From a virus (Duplodnaviria; Caudoviricetes), in IMG/VR virus record IMGVR_UViG_3300017963_000189: 64,000 nucleotides of DNA, one strand, 5' to 3'. This document shows positions 8,081 to 17,333 of the stretch, piece by piece. The notes under the pieces were generated by a model, which saw only the letters and a list, made by a program, of their open reading frames with translations, was not told the DNA's origin and made no database searches. The translations under genes were made by a program, and so were the position numbers. The first letter of the stretch is position 1, and each line of letters starts with the position of its first letter.

Positions 8081-9260
8081 TTATTTTCTCTACCAATAAA
8101 TTTTTTATTCGTTTTAATCCCTTTTGTTCGTACAATCCATGTATTACATCTATCGCCTTTAATTCAGGTTTATCTACCATAGTGAAAATAAATCCAACTC
8201 GATCACGTTTGATTTTATCTTGTATCTCTAACGCTAACTCTTTACGAGACATTTCAGGCGCTCTTTTTCTATAATACTCACCCTCTTTAGATAAATATTC
8301 AATCAATTCAAAATACCTTTTTTTCAACAACTTATATTCTTCTTTTACGGAATCAGGTAACTTGTCCAAATATACTTCAAATTCTTCTTCCTCGTTGTCC
8401 AATAAAACACCTACCAAGTTGTTAGTCACACCCTCGCCAGTAGCTACATGGTGTAAATGAACATACTTTGGCGACTTAACTTTTACTCGACCAACTACTA
8501 AATCATCTTTGAACTGAACAACTATAAATCCCTCAAATCCATTTCCCTTTTCATTCTCTTTATCAGCAATTTCAGATAATTCGGAAACATCCTTAACATC
8601 TTTCAAATCAAACAATCTTGGAAAACGTATAGAATATCCCTTGAACATCTTTTCGTATTTCTTCTTTATGGATTTATGGAATATATTAAAGTCACGTAAT
8701 TCACCATCGTTTTCTTTTAAACCAATGAAAACTAACTCTTTTACGCCTTCATAATCAACTACTATTTGATTTGATGGATGTACCAACTCAAACATATAAG
8801 TCAAATTTGGCGAAAATTCCGCAGTTAACTTTTCAAAATCTTCTTTAGAAACTACATCAAAGAAAATCTTGGAAAAAGAAATTCCATCCATATTAGACGC
8901 ATCATCAGCATCAATAGTTCCATTAGTTGCTACTCTCCATTCACCATCATAAAAATATACTTTTATAATAGAACCATCTACCTTTTCAACTACATAAGAA
9001 TCATCTAATATCAAATTGTAAGCATATATTTCACCGTAGTTGAAAAACTTATCAAATGGATGCGCAACTATATTCCAAGTTCCCTTTTCTAATATGATAC
9101 CACGAGATTCTTTTACAATCTTGTTAGAGAAATCGGAATTAAACTGATTATACTTGAATATAACTAAGTTATCCTTAGCATTAATATGCAAGTTGAACGG
9201 GTCTTTACGTAAATCATCTAAAGACCGTATTTTCAATATTTTTTGTAAGTTCAATTTCAC
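8064..9260 (-). CDS. RNA ligase (T4 Rnl1-like)
   Basis: ESRGIIL, PFDKFFN, motif I EKVDGS, FELV, EGFIV, RVKVK. Confidence 0.88.
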   Translation of the reverse strand: MKLNLQKILKIRSLDDLRKDPFNLHINAKDNLVIFKYNQFNSDFSNKIVKESRGIILEKGTWNIVAHPFDKFFNYGEIYAYNLILDDSYVVEKVDGSIIKVYFYDGEWRVATNGTIDADDASNMDGISFSKIFFDVVSKEDFEKLTAEFSPNLTYMFELVHPSNQIVVDYEGVKELVFIGLKENDGELRDFNIFHKSIKKKYEKMFKGYSIRFPRLFDLKDVKDVSELSEIADKENEKGNGFEGFIVVQFKDDLVVGRVKVKSPKYVHLHHVATGEGVTNNLVGVLLDNEEEEFEVYLDKLPDSVKEEYKLLKKRYFELIEYLSKEGEYYRKRAPEMSRKELALEIQDKIKRDRVGFIFTMVDKPELKAIDVIHGLYEQKGLKRIKNLLVEKINGKGH

Positions 9261-9286
9261 GTTATTTCTCCATTCATTTATACACC

Positions 9287-9315
9287 AATATACAAAATTA
9301 AAGTATAAATGTCAA
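9287..9315 (-). promoter_or_regulatory. sigma70-type promoter (repeat family)
   Basis: AATAACAG-TTGACA-N17-TATATT. Confidence 0.8.
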
Positions 9316-9569
9316 CTGTTATTTTTATTATTTACGCCTTGTTTCGGTTTTGATACATATTCTTCAAATAATTTTACAAGATCATCTTCACATCCTAATT
9401 CTTCAGCAAGTTCATCTAATTTTAATCCGCCCATACCACCTACAATACCACATAACATATTACCCCAAATATCGGCTACCTGTTGATCATGTTTCAAATG
9501 AACTTGTCTTTTAATTTCTACCTCTTTTTCATTTTCATCAAGATAGAATTTTTCTCGATCCTCACTCAT
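9312..9569 (-). CDS. hypothetical protein
   Basis: Tiling ORF. Confidence 0.5.
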   Translation of the reverse strand: MSEDREKFYLDENEKEVEIKRQVHLKHDQQVADIWGNMLCGIVGGMGGLKLDELAEELGCEDDLVKLFEEYVSKPKQGVNNKNNS

Positions 9570-9760
9570 TATACCAATGGAAGTTTACCGAATAACAGGA
9601 CGCCGTAATAGTTTAGAGTAACTAAAAGATTTACTACAAAAGCTACCCACATAAAAAATTTTATCAAGTTGTTAGCAACGCCTTTTTTATTCCAAAAATA
9701 CGCTGCTAAAAACAATAAAAATGTGTTTACGATTAAAACAATACCTAATAACATAACCAT
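9569..9760 (-). CDS. hypothetical membrane protein
   Basis: Two hydrophobic helices. Confidence 0.55.
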   Translation of the reverse strand: MVMLLGIVLIVNTFLLFLAAYFWNKKGVANNLIKFFMWVAFVVNLLVTLNYYGVLLFGKLPLV

Positions 9761-9767
9761 TCTCCTT

Positions 9768-10070
9768 TTACTTGTTTCGTTTTGCTGCTCTACGAGCTTT
9801 CTTTTTTTCTTTTAACGGGTCTTGACCCTTTTTTACTTTGAATTTTTTCTTACCACTTTTTGAATCTTTTAAAATAGCATCTTCAATCATATCTCTCAAA
9901 TCACCCGCATTATCAATTAATTTTTGAAGTCTTTTCCGTTCTTTCTGAGCCCCTTTACCTTTACCATATTTGAAATCAAGTTGATCTAATTTCTGAGCTG
10001 CGGATATTTTAACTCGTTCTTTTGCTCGTTCTAATGCTTCTTTTTTCTTTTGTTCTTTACTTTTCGCCAT
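9768..10070 (-). CDS. Lys-rich hypothetical protein
   Basis: 100-aa basic ORF. Confidence 0.6.
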   Translation of the reverse strand: MAKSKEQKKKEALERAKERVKISAAQKLDQLDFKYGKGKGAQKERKRLQKLIDNAGDLRDMIEDAILKDSKSGKKKFKVKKGQDPLKEKKKARRAAKRNK

Positions 10071-10337
10071 TTACATTACACCTTTTCTTTTCTTCTCTCT
10101 TGTAGTCCATATACGATCTAAAATGACCATAATAATTAGTAATACTCCAAATGTCAACCATCCAAATACTGCTGTAAATATATGTCCGATACAGATTGAT
10201 ATAATTATTGTAGCAATAACAAATAATATACATTGTCCATCTTCCATAAATATAACCCTTTCTTTTGTTTAGGTAAGCTGTTCCCTGGCCCCGTTAGTAA
10301 GTTTTACTACGCCCGGCAGAAAAAGTTCCCAACTTTT

Positions 10338-10664
10338 TCAGATTTTTCTATATTTATTTGCAAGTTTCTTTTGTCGTTTTGCTTCAATTTTTGCTTCCTC
10401 GATAACTCTAATATATTCCTTTAATGTTGTCCTATCATCAAGAGTAATCAAATCATATCCACTCAACATATCAATAAAATCACAGGCAGGAACATAACCT
10501 CTTTTCATATATATTTCGTCTACACATTCACGAGCATCAAGAAAATTCATTTGTTTTGACATTATCTTTCCTATCATCGCCAAAGTCGGCGTTACATAAT
10601 CTTGTGGATCATATAATTTACTTACTTCCGCTACATTAACACTAAAATATCTTGTTTTACTCAT
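10338..10664 (-). CDS. hypothetical protein (start uncertain)
   Basis: ORF-track start lies inside tRNA-Leu and the promoter; the next ATG abuts the -10 box, so the true start may be further downstream. Confidence 0.45.
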   Translation of the reverse strand: MSKTRYFSVNVAEVSKLYDPQDYVTPTLAMIGKIMSKQMNFLDARECVDEIYMKRGYVPACDFIDMLSGYDLITLDDRTTLKEYIRVIEEAKIEAKRQKKLANKYRKI

Positions 10665-10693
10665 AATATACGAAATAAAATAACCTTTGTCAA
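10665..10693 (-). promoter_or_regulatory. sigma70-type promoter (repeat family)
   Basis: AAAACAG-TTGACA-N17-TATATT. Confidence 0.75.
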
Positions 10694-10703
10694 CTGTTTT
10701 TTG

Positions 10704-10787
10704 TGACCAGAGCGAGACTTGAACTCGCACGAGATTTCTCCCACAACGCCCTCAACGTTGCGCGTCTGCCTATTCCGCCATCTGGCC
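10704..10787 (-). tRNA. tRNA-Leu (GAG)
   Basis: GGCCAGA/TCTGGTC, CAACG-TT-GAG-GG-CGTTG, long variable arm, TTCAAGT. Confidence 0.92.
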
Positions 10788-11027
10788 ATTTCCATTATCA
10801 AACAATTCACATTCCTCAACTACTTCGTGACCACATCTATAACCGTGAATACAATCTTTACAACAAGACTTCTTCCACAATTCTTTGAATGTCGCTCCGT
10901 TTTCTTTTATCCAATTCAATACAAACTCAACACCAGGATCAGCATCTATTCTAACACCTTCGCACCATTTTTCGATGTCGATTTTCTTTATTTGTACCAA
11001 CATATATTTTCTAAAGGAATGATCCAT
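10770..11027 (-). CDS. hypothetical protein with Cys-rich C-terminus
   Basis: KWCEG...DPG.EF..NWI..NG..F pattern; stop overlaps the tRNA-Leu 5' end. Confidence 0.55.
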   Translation of the reverse strand: MDHSFRKYMLVQIKKIDIEKWCEGVRIDADPGVEFVLNWIKENGATFKELWKKSCCKDCIHGYRCGHEVVEECELFDNGNGQMAE

Positions 11028-11030
11028 AAC

Positions 11031-11396
11031 CTACTCAACTTGTGAAATTTTCTCCAATACGTTTTCTACGTCATTTATCCCAAATCTTTTGTGTAAGAAA
11101 AAAACATAAGGATCATTGGACAATTCTGCAAGTGGAAATCCACTCATAAAAATTACCCTCAAATCATTTGATAATTCTCTTATCTTTTCATATACAACCA
11201 TTCCATTTACATCTGGCATCATCATATCGACAAATACCAAATCCAATTCATCTATATTCTTTTCGACCTTTTCTATTCCCTCAACGCCACCTAAGGCGAC
11301 AATAACCTCAATTCCTAACTCAAGTGATTCTAATATTTCTTGTAAATACTCGACCAATTCTTGTTCGTCGTCAATTATTAACACCAATTTCGCCAT
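11031..11396 (-). CDS. single-domain response regulator (REC)
   Basis: LIIDDE, LVFVDMMMPDVNG (phospho-Asp), IFMSG, LHK. Confidence 0.85.
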   Translation of the reverse strand: MAKLVLIIDDEQELVEYLQEILESLELGIEVIVALGGVEGIEKVEKNIDELDLVFVDMMMPDVNGMVVYEKIRELSNDLRVIFMSGFPLAELSNDPYVFFLHKRFGINDVENVLEKISQVE

Positions 11397-11533
11397 TCCC
11401 TTTCTCCACATAGTTCATTGTGATTCTCAACTATAAACCTATTCGTATATATACCTATTAATAAATATGAGATATAAAATAAATATAATCTTTATGAGAA
11501 AAAAGTGACGAACTGTTACGCCCGTCACATTTT

Positions 11534-12028
11534 TTATCGGCAATAACGATTTGCAGCATATGTTGCTGCCCAAGCGTATGGTTTACCCTCTACCTTGAAT
11601 CCCAAAGAATTCAAGTAACCAATAGCAGAATCGTAAATCATATTGGATGCGTATTGTTTCTTCACGTTAGCATCAACGTGTGTTCCAATATCATCAATAT
11701 TAATTCCGTTTTCGCTCAAGAACAACGCGGTTTCGACAATACGTTCAACTTCATTCCACAATCTCTTGAAGATGCCACCTTTATCTTCGCCAAGTTTATC
11801 GTCTCGTTCTCTTGTGTGAATAATGTGTACTCCACGTCCAACTCCATCTACCATACGGTGCATTCCAATAACTACAGAATAAATCGTACTTTTACTGTTC
11901 ACTTGAGAATCACATCCAACAAAAATTTCATATTGAATTTGACCATTAGCGTCACTCATGTAATCTTTCATGTATTCCAATACATCTGGAATTTTAGTAC
12001 CATCGTGTTTAACGAATTGTCTGTTCAT
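11534..12028 (-). CDS. RNase H-like YkuK/DUF458 family protein
   Basis: FVGCDSQ, RLWNEVE, HVDAN, GKPYAWAATYAA. Confidence 0.75.
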   Translation of the reverse strand: MNRQFVKHDGTKIPDVLEYMKDYMSDANGQIQYEIFVGCDSQVNSKSTIYSVVIGMHRMVDGVGRGVHIIHTRERDDKLGEDKGGIFKRLWNEVERIVETALFLSENGINIDDIGTHVDANVKKQYASNMIYDSAIGYLNSLGFKVEGKPYAWAATYAANRYCR

Positions 12029-12039
12029 TTTTTGTTCCT

Positions 12040-12426
12040 TTATTTATTTCCAAAATTACTTCTTACATCCCACTCTTTAAGCATATGTGGGAAAGATTTT
12101 AAATATTTACCATTTTCATCATATGGTTCATATGATTCATTTTCAATAAGTTTGATCGGCTTTCCGAGTACAAACGCAGCTCCCATATCAAAATGACTAC
12201 CAGTTGAAGTTGAATCAAAAAAGATATGAATTTCATCAGCCCATTTTATTGCTTCTACATTTTCATCACAAATACCTATACTCGTATTATCTTGATTTGT
12301 ATGTATGTGGGGCAAATGAACTTCATGACCATCACAAATTAACTTTTTTGTATATGATTCTAACTTTTCTCTTACTTCGTCTGTCGCCTCACGAACACTA
12401 CATATAATATAAATCTTTTTACCCAT
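12040..12426 (-). CDS. nucleoside 2-deoxyribosyltransferase-like / nucleotide N-hydrolase
   Basis: IYII...VHLPH...AIKWADEIHIFFD.TSTGSHFDMGAAFVLGKPI. Confidence 0.6.
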   Translation of the reverse strand: MGKKIYIICSVREATDEVREKLESYTKKLICDGHEVHLPHIHTNQDNTSIGICDENVEAIKWADEIHIFFDSTSTGSHFDMGAAFVLGKPIKLIENESYEPYDENGKYLKSFPHMLKEWDVRSNFGNK

Positions 12427-12715
12427 CTTCCCCTCTTTCTAAAACCTTTGCGGTCTTTGTATCTTTTTGTATATAATGTTGCCGAAAAAACTTCATTTCA
12501 CCAATTAACTGCGACAACAATAAAATAATCTTGTATAATCCCAAGGCGAAAATACCATAAAGAGCAAACTCAAATGCTCTATATGCTAACCATAGACCAT
12601 TTTCGCCAAATACCTCAAGACCAAGTGTAATCAAAAGTAAAACCGCCATGGCTATAAAACAAGCCGTACTAAAACCTTTGATTACACTATTTTCATCAAT
12701 TCCATACATAAACAC
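12419..12715 (-). CDS. hypothetical membrane protein
   Basis: Two TM segments. Confidence 0.55.
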   Translation of the reverse strand: MFMYGIDENSVIKGFSTACFIAMAVLLLITLGLEVFGENGLWLAYRAFEFALYGIFALGLYKIILLLSQLIGEMKFFRQHYIQKDTKTAKVLERGEDG

Positions 12716-12726
12716 CCCTTTTCTTT

Positions 12727-12903
12727 TTATCTTTTAGTTAATTTCCCTACGGGCTTTTCAACTACTTTACCATCTTCCATTACGATACGAACTTTCATCT
12801 TTTCATTTGTAGTGTCAATACTTTGACATACAATAGCACTTTCCATACGAATCTTACCTTGAATACTTACCTTATCACCACAACTAAAAGACATTCTTTT
12901 CAT
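12727..12903 (-). CDS. small hypothetical protein (58 aa, not in ORF track)
   Basis: MKRMSFSCGDKVSIQGK...KLTKR*, GGAG SD, promoter upstream. Confidence 0.55.
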   Translation of the reverse strand: MKRMSFSCGDKVSIQGKIRMESAIVCQSIDTTNEKMKVRIVMEDGKVVEKPVGKLTKR

Positions 12904-12933
12904 GTAAATCTCCTTGTTTTTATATGTTTAGTA

Positions 12934-12962
12934 AATCTACGAAATAAAACCGTATTTGTCAA
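12934..12962 (-). promoter_or_regulatory. sigma70-type promoter (variant)
   Basis: TTGACA-N17-TAGATT. Confidence 0.6.
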
Positions 12963-12970
12963 AGGCTTTT

Positions 12971-13435
12971 TTAAAAAAACTTATTTTTTCTTTCTTCCTC
13001 TACTTTTATTTCCTCTCGCAACTCCATTAAAAGTTTTCCTAACATATTATAGCCCGCTCCATCTTCATTTCTACCCCAAAAATAATCTGTTTTACTGTAC
13101 TCAACTATTTCTGCATTTCCGGTAGACAATAAAAGATTTCTCATACGATCTATCTTTTTGAATTTCGCCACAAGGGCTCGCCTCATAACTAATAACTTTA
13201 CTTCATTCCAATCACTTCTCAAAGGTAAATCGTCTCTACGACCCTCATGTGCAGCACCACCTGGCTTATCTTGATTTCGTATGTATTCTTCCCATTCAGT
13301 GCCTTCATATTTCTTAGATTGATAATAGTGTTCTGTACTTTTATAATCTCGACCATCAATAGTAATCGTTATAGGATAAAAATTACTAAACTCTCCAAAA
13401 GGCTCTTTAAGTTTCCTGAATATTATTTGTTTCAT
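12971..13435 (-). CDS. NADAR (YbiA/DUF1768) family protein
   Basis: FSNFY, STEHYYQSKK, RSDWNEVK..VM..AL.AKF, E.S..D.FWG, NMLGKLLMELR. Confidence 0.88.
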   Translation of the reverse strand: MKQIIFRKLKEPFGEFSNFYPITITIDGRDYKSTEHYYQSKKYEGTEWEEYIRNQDKPGGAAHEGRRDDLPLRSDWNEVKLLVMRRALVAKFKKIDRMRNLLLSTGNAEIVEYSKTDYFWGRNEDGAGYNMLGKLLMELREEIKVEEERKNKFF

Positions 13436-13646
13436 CTGGAAATCTCGTTTTCTCCATTGTGTCTATAAAATCTAAAAGTTGTTTCTTTACATCTTCATTG
13501 TTGTTACTATGTGAAATGTTCCAACGAGCACTTGTTAACAACATCCTTGCTTTAGTGTCGCTGGAACTTCCCACTTGATACGCGAACTTTAACATATAAT
13601 ATGAAATTTTTATAAAATTCATCCATGTTTTTATTTTTTTCACCAT
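13407..13646 (-). CDS. hypothetical protein
   Basis: Tiling ORF. Confidence 0.5.
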   Translation of the reverse strand: MVKKIKTWMNFIKISYYMLKFAYQVGSSSDTKARMLLTSARWNISHSNNNEDVKKQLLDFIDTMEKTRFPDETNNIQET

Positions 13647-14347
13647 CGTAGCGGTTTCCTTTTATTATAGATTTTCCGTATTTGTTCCTTTATCTTTACT
13701 ATGTTCCAATCAATATCATTTCCAATTCCATCTTCAATTTCATAATCTATATGATCAAGTTCATCTAAACAAACGAACTCACATCCCAAAAGGTTGTCCA
13801 CTCTTGACATATGCCAGTGACCATAAAACCAAATTTTAGGTTTATGAATCTCAAACATTTGATTCAATGCTGTAGAAGTTCTATTTCCTGTACCATCGTT
13901 TATGAACTCTTTCTTAAAGATTTGTTCAATTCCGATTCTCGGACATTCGTGTGTCAGCATTATATCGGGCTTGACTCTTTCATAATCCGCAATAGCATCC
14001 ATCAACTCGTTATAGGACAGTTGCTCTTCTTCCCACCAGGAGACGCCAGGGATACGCCAAGACCAATCTATTGACCAGGCTCCCCTGACAAAGAAGAATT
14101 TAAATCCATTGAACTCAACTTCACCATAACCTTTCCCAAAAGTATATTGTTCTCTTAGGCCTTTGTAATCGTCGTGATTACCTGGAATAATTTTATGGTT
14201 ATATGGATTTACCTTATTAGTAACAAGTGAATACCAATGTTTGGCGAAGCCGAAGTCACCTAATTGAATAGAATATTCTGCATCTTTTATTCTTTCCAAA
14301 TAGGCGTGAAATTTTCCATGTACATCGCCTATTAATCTAATTTTCAT
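13640..14347 (-). CDS. calcineurin-like metallophosphoesterase
   Basis: GDVHG, GDFG, GNHD, THECP, GHWH. Confidence 0.85.
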   Translation of the reverse strand: MKIRLIGDVHGKFHAYLERIKDAEYSIQLGDFGFAKHWYSLVTNKVNPYNHKIIPGNHDDYKGLREQYTFGKGYGEVEFNGFKFFFVRGAWSIDWSWRIPGVSWWEEEQLSYNELMDAIADYERVKPDIMLTHECPRIGIEQIFKKEFINDGTGNRTSTALNQMFEIHKPKIWFYGHWHMSRVDNLLGCEFVCLDELDHIDYEIEDGIGNDIDWNIVKIKEQIRKIYNKRKPLRW

Positions 14348-14535
14348 AAAGATTTCTCAATTTTCTCGTAAAAATATTTTTCCGTTTCATTTAAAGTTTC
14401 AAGATATTTTTCAAGTAACTTACGTGTTTTCTTTTTCAAGTCTCCACGTCTTAACAAGAAATTTAATCTCGTTTTCGCCATACCCAATTCCATCTTTTTT
14501 AAACTTTCTAAGATTTCATTTTGAATTGTTTCCAT
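14344..14535 (-). CDS. hypothetical protein
   Basis: Tiling ORF. Confidence 0.5.
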   Translation of the reverse strand: METIQNEILESLKKMELGMAKTRLNFLLRRGDLKKKTRKLLEKYLETLNETEKYFYEKIEKSL

Positions 14536-14550
14536 AACCTTTTCCTTTAT

Positions 14551-15219
14551 TTAAGATAATAATTCTAATAATCCATTTATTATTGTTTCTTTATTTTTAC
14601 GATAATCTTTTTCCCAAATAACAATAACGTTAAATCCCATTGATTCTAATAGTTGTTTTTTTTCTTTATCATATTTCCATATTTCTTTTGCTTTAATTTT
14701 CTTTTTGTTTTTTGTTATCAAATGATTTTTATCATATACATTTGGATTAGCATGCCAGTAATCTCCATTATATTCTACAATTATATTTTTGTTAGGTACA
14801 AATATATCTACAAAATACTTTTCAATATGTTTTTGTTTTTCAACTTGTATTTTATTTTTTGTTAATATATTTATTATTTCTATTTCAGCTTTTGATGATC
14901 TTCCTTTTTGCCAACGAACATCTGAATTGTTCCATATCATTGATTTTTTCATTTTATCATAAAAATTTTTATCTTTCCATTTTTCTTTAAGAGTTTTACT
15001 TATAGAGTTTTTGTGTTCTTGACTTAACTTTTTTCCTATCTTTGCATTTGTTATATTTTTTTTGTGAGATTCGGTTTTTGATTTTCCGGATAACGCATTA
15101 GATAGATTCTTTTTATGTTCTTCTGAAAAGGGTTTTTTGTTTTTTTGACTACGTTGCATTTTTTCTCTATATTCCGGATCGGCCCATAACCTTTTCATTT
15201 TTTCAGATCTTGATTCCAT
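14551..15219 (-). mobile_element. free-standing homing-type endonuclease (NUMOD3 repeats plus DUF559/Vsr-like nuclease)
   Basis: SEEHKKNLS/ESHKKNIT/SQEHKNSIS repeats; VDIF...IIVEYNGDYWH...VIVIWE; visibly more AT-rich than flanks. Confidence 0.7.
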
Positions 15220-15283
15220 ATAATTTTCCCCTTTATAATAAATATAAAGGTTTTCATTTTTTTAATAACCTCTTAAAAAAGTA

Positions 15284-15480
15284 ATTATTTCCTGTAGCCA
15301 GGATTCTGTCGTTTAAGATAGTCATTTATCTTTATGTGGCCTCAACCTTGCTATTATCGACCCGCTCACCGTCTAAGCTATTTTGAGTTGCATCCTCAGT
15401 GGTACAAACGACTTTCGTCTCCCATCTTAAGCAGCGATGTCCTGAGCTTCCTCTCCGTAGAGCGACTATCCAGAAATAAT
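15284..15480 (-). ncRNA. rnpB: RNase P RNA, minimal (~197 nt)
   Basis: P1 ATTATTTCTG/CAGGAAATAAT; P2 GATAGTC/GACTATC; P3 CTCT-ACGG-AGAG; CR-I GAGGAAGCTCAGG pairs with CR-V ACAGAATCCTGGCTAC (P4 with bulged U); CR-II-like TGCAACTCAAAA; CR-IV AGATAAATGAC. Confidence 0.85.
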
Positions 15481-15986
15481 TACTCTTTTGGTATTTCTAC
15501 ATTGACCATATCAAAACTATAATACTCTCTATAATATGTGTCAAGGATTAATTTCTTCACATCATAATTATGATGATTTATATCATACAAAGTTTCTACA
15601 TAAACTCCAGGTGTTTTCTTGTCTATATTCAATATCTCCGACAACGCCAGAGCGACAGCAGGCGACCGTGACAAACCTGCCTCACAATGAATCATAAAGT
15701 TTTTGTGTTTTTTATTTTTCAATCCAAACTCAATGATTTTTCGAGCATCACTATCATCAATTTGTTTTGGTTTAACTACCTCATAAAATGATGAAATTGT
15801 ACCGTCTGCCCGTTCATCATGAAATCGAAGATACAAAACATCTTTCATAAGTGGATTTTTCACCACTTCATATTGTGGATGTTCCGGCGACACTATTGAT
15901 ATACAACTAAATGGTACATCAATTTTGCTCATAAAACCTTGATCAGTAGCCATAGCTACATTGACTACAATAAATCTTATATTCAT
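15480..15986 (-). CDS. protein-tyrosine / dual-specificity phosphatase-like
   Basis: LRFHD and IHCEAGLSRSPAVALA (CX5R). Confidence 0.8.
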   Translation of the reverse strand: MNIRFIVVNVAMATDQGFMSKIDVPFSCISIVSPEHPQYEVVKNPLMKDVLYLRFHDERADGTISSFYEVVKPKQIDDSDARKIIEFGLKNKKHKNFMIHCEAGLSRSPAVALALSEILNIDKKTPGVYVETLYDINHHNYDVKKLILDTYYREYYSFDMVNVEIPKE

Positions 15987-16158
15987 ACACAACCTTTTAT
16001 TTATGTTTTAATCTATAATCTATATCTTTTAAAATAAAATATGTCACACTCTTTTTAACTACGTGATGTAACGCGACTAAAAATCCTACAAGTGCTAATC
16101 CAACAAGAATTGTTCCAAACATTGCTAATAATCCTTTCGTTCATTTATGTGTTTCTAT

Positions 16159-16187
16159 AATATACTAAAATATTTCCTATTTGTCAA
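16159..16187 (-). promoter_or_regulatory. sigma70-type promoter (repeat family)
   Basis: AAAACAG-TTGACA-N17-TATATT. Confidence 0.8.
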
Positions 16188-16195
16188 CTGTTTTT

Positions 16196-16645
16196 TTAAA
16201 TTTCTATATCCAATGGTTTCATTTCATAACCAACAATGTCACATAATATATTTATCCATGTTTGTTCAGAATAAATACCATCAGCTAAATCAGTACCCCG
16301 TGTCCAATTTTCCCCAACTCGCGGCTTACGAGTAGATGCTTGACAACCAAGATAACCTAAATCTTTTTCACCTTTATTTTTTCTATCTTTACGGCGAGCA
16401 CTAATACTATAAGTATGTGTTTCAGTGAATAGTTTTATCACAACTCTTTTTGTATCTTTGTGATAAAATATTAAAGCGGCTTTTTCGAAACGAGCAATGA
16501 TAGCTTTCAACCATCTTGCTAATTCAGGAAATATATGGGTAAGTTCATCACTTTGAATCAATCGACCACCATAAGTTTCTTCAAGACGATTAATAGTTGA
16601 TTCAAGTTGATCTAACATTTCTACGGCATCTTTTTTCTCATTCAA
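16196..16645 (-). CDS. hypothetical protein (TTG start after tRNA-Ser)
   Basis: GGAG SD before TTG; the ORF-track start lies inside the tRNA. Confidence 0.55.
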   Translation of the reverse strand: MNEKKDAVEMLDQLESTINRLEETYGGRLIQSDELTHIFPELARWLKAIIARFEKAALIFYHKDTKRVVIKLFTETHTYSISARRKDRKNKGEKDLGYLGCQASTRKPRVGENWTRGTDLADGIYSEQTWINILCDIVGYEMKPLDIEI

Positions 16646-16663
16646 TGTATTTCTCCGGTTTAG

Positions 16664-16747
16664 CGGAAGATAAAGGGATTGAACCTTTGATCCCAAAGGG
16701 AAGCCTCGGTTTTCGAAACCGGCACATTACCACTCTGTCAATCTTCC
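16664..16747 (-). tRNA. tRNA-Ser (CGA)
   Basis: GGAAGAT/ATCTTCC, G73, CGGT-TT-CGA-AA-ACCG, long variable arm. Confidence 0.9.
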
Positions 16748-16803
16748 ATATAGTCATTGACTTCTATTCGCCTCATTATCAATGACCTTTTCTCGTTTGA
16801 GTG

Positions 16804-16887
16804 CGGAGAGTATAGGGATTGAACCTATGCAGGGAAACCCCGGCCTCCGCTTTCCAAGCGGGCACATTACCACTCTGTCAACTCTCC
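16804..16887 (-). tRNA. tRNA-Ser (GGA)
   Basis: GGAGAGT/ACTCTCC, G73, CCGC-TT-GGA-AA-GCGG, long variable arm. Confidence 0.92.
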
Positions 16888-16893
16888 AATATT

Positions 16894-17202
16894 TTATTTC
16901 AACATCAAACGGTACGGATGTGTTTTTTGGTTTAAAGTGACTACTCTTTTTGTAGTACAAAAATCATTGATCAATGGAATATGAGTATTGATTAAATCCA
17001 ATAAATGATTCGCTTGTGTCATTGTATCAAACATTATTTTGATTTCTTCAAGACCAATTTCATATCCTCTAAATCCCGGCAAATCAGCATGAAAAACTTT
17101 TCTTATTTTTTCATATTGTGTATTATGAGCATCCGTCCATTCTGATATATCGTGTGTAGTCAGCCACGTATCAACACTTATTTTTACTATTACACCTATC
17201 AT
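16894..17202 (-). CDS. hypothetical protein
   Basis: 102-aa ORF with GGAG SD. Confidence 0.55.
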   Translation of the reverse strand: MIGVIVKISVDTWLTTHDISEWTDAHNTQYEKIRKVFHADLPGFRGYEIGLEEIKIMFDTMTQANHLLDLINTHIPLINDFCTTKRVVTLNQKTHPYRLMLK

Positions 17203-17333
17203 TTAATTTCTCCTGTATAGGTTTATATTTTATGTGTGACCTTATTCACTTAACATAATATATAACGTTGCCATACCGGAAATTATAAACACTCCAAGAA
17301 TTCCGCCTACCACTAATGATAATATTATTTCCA

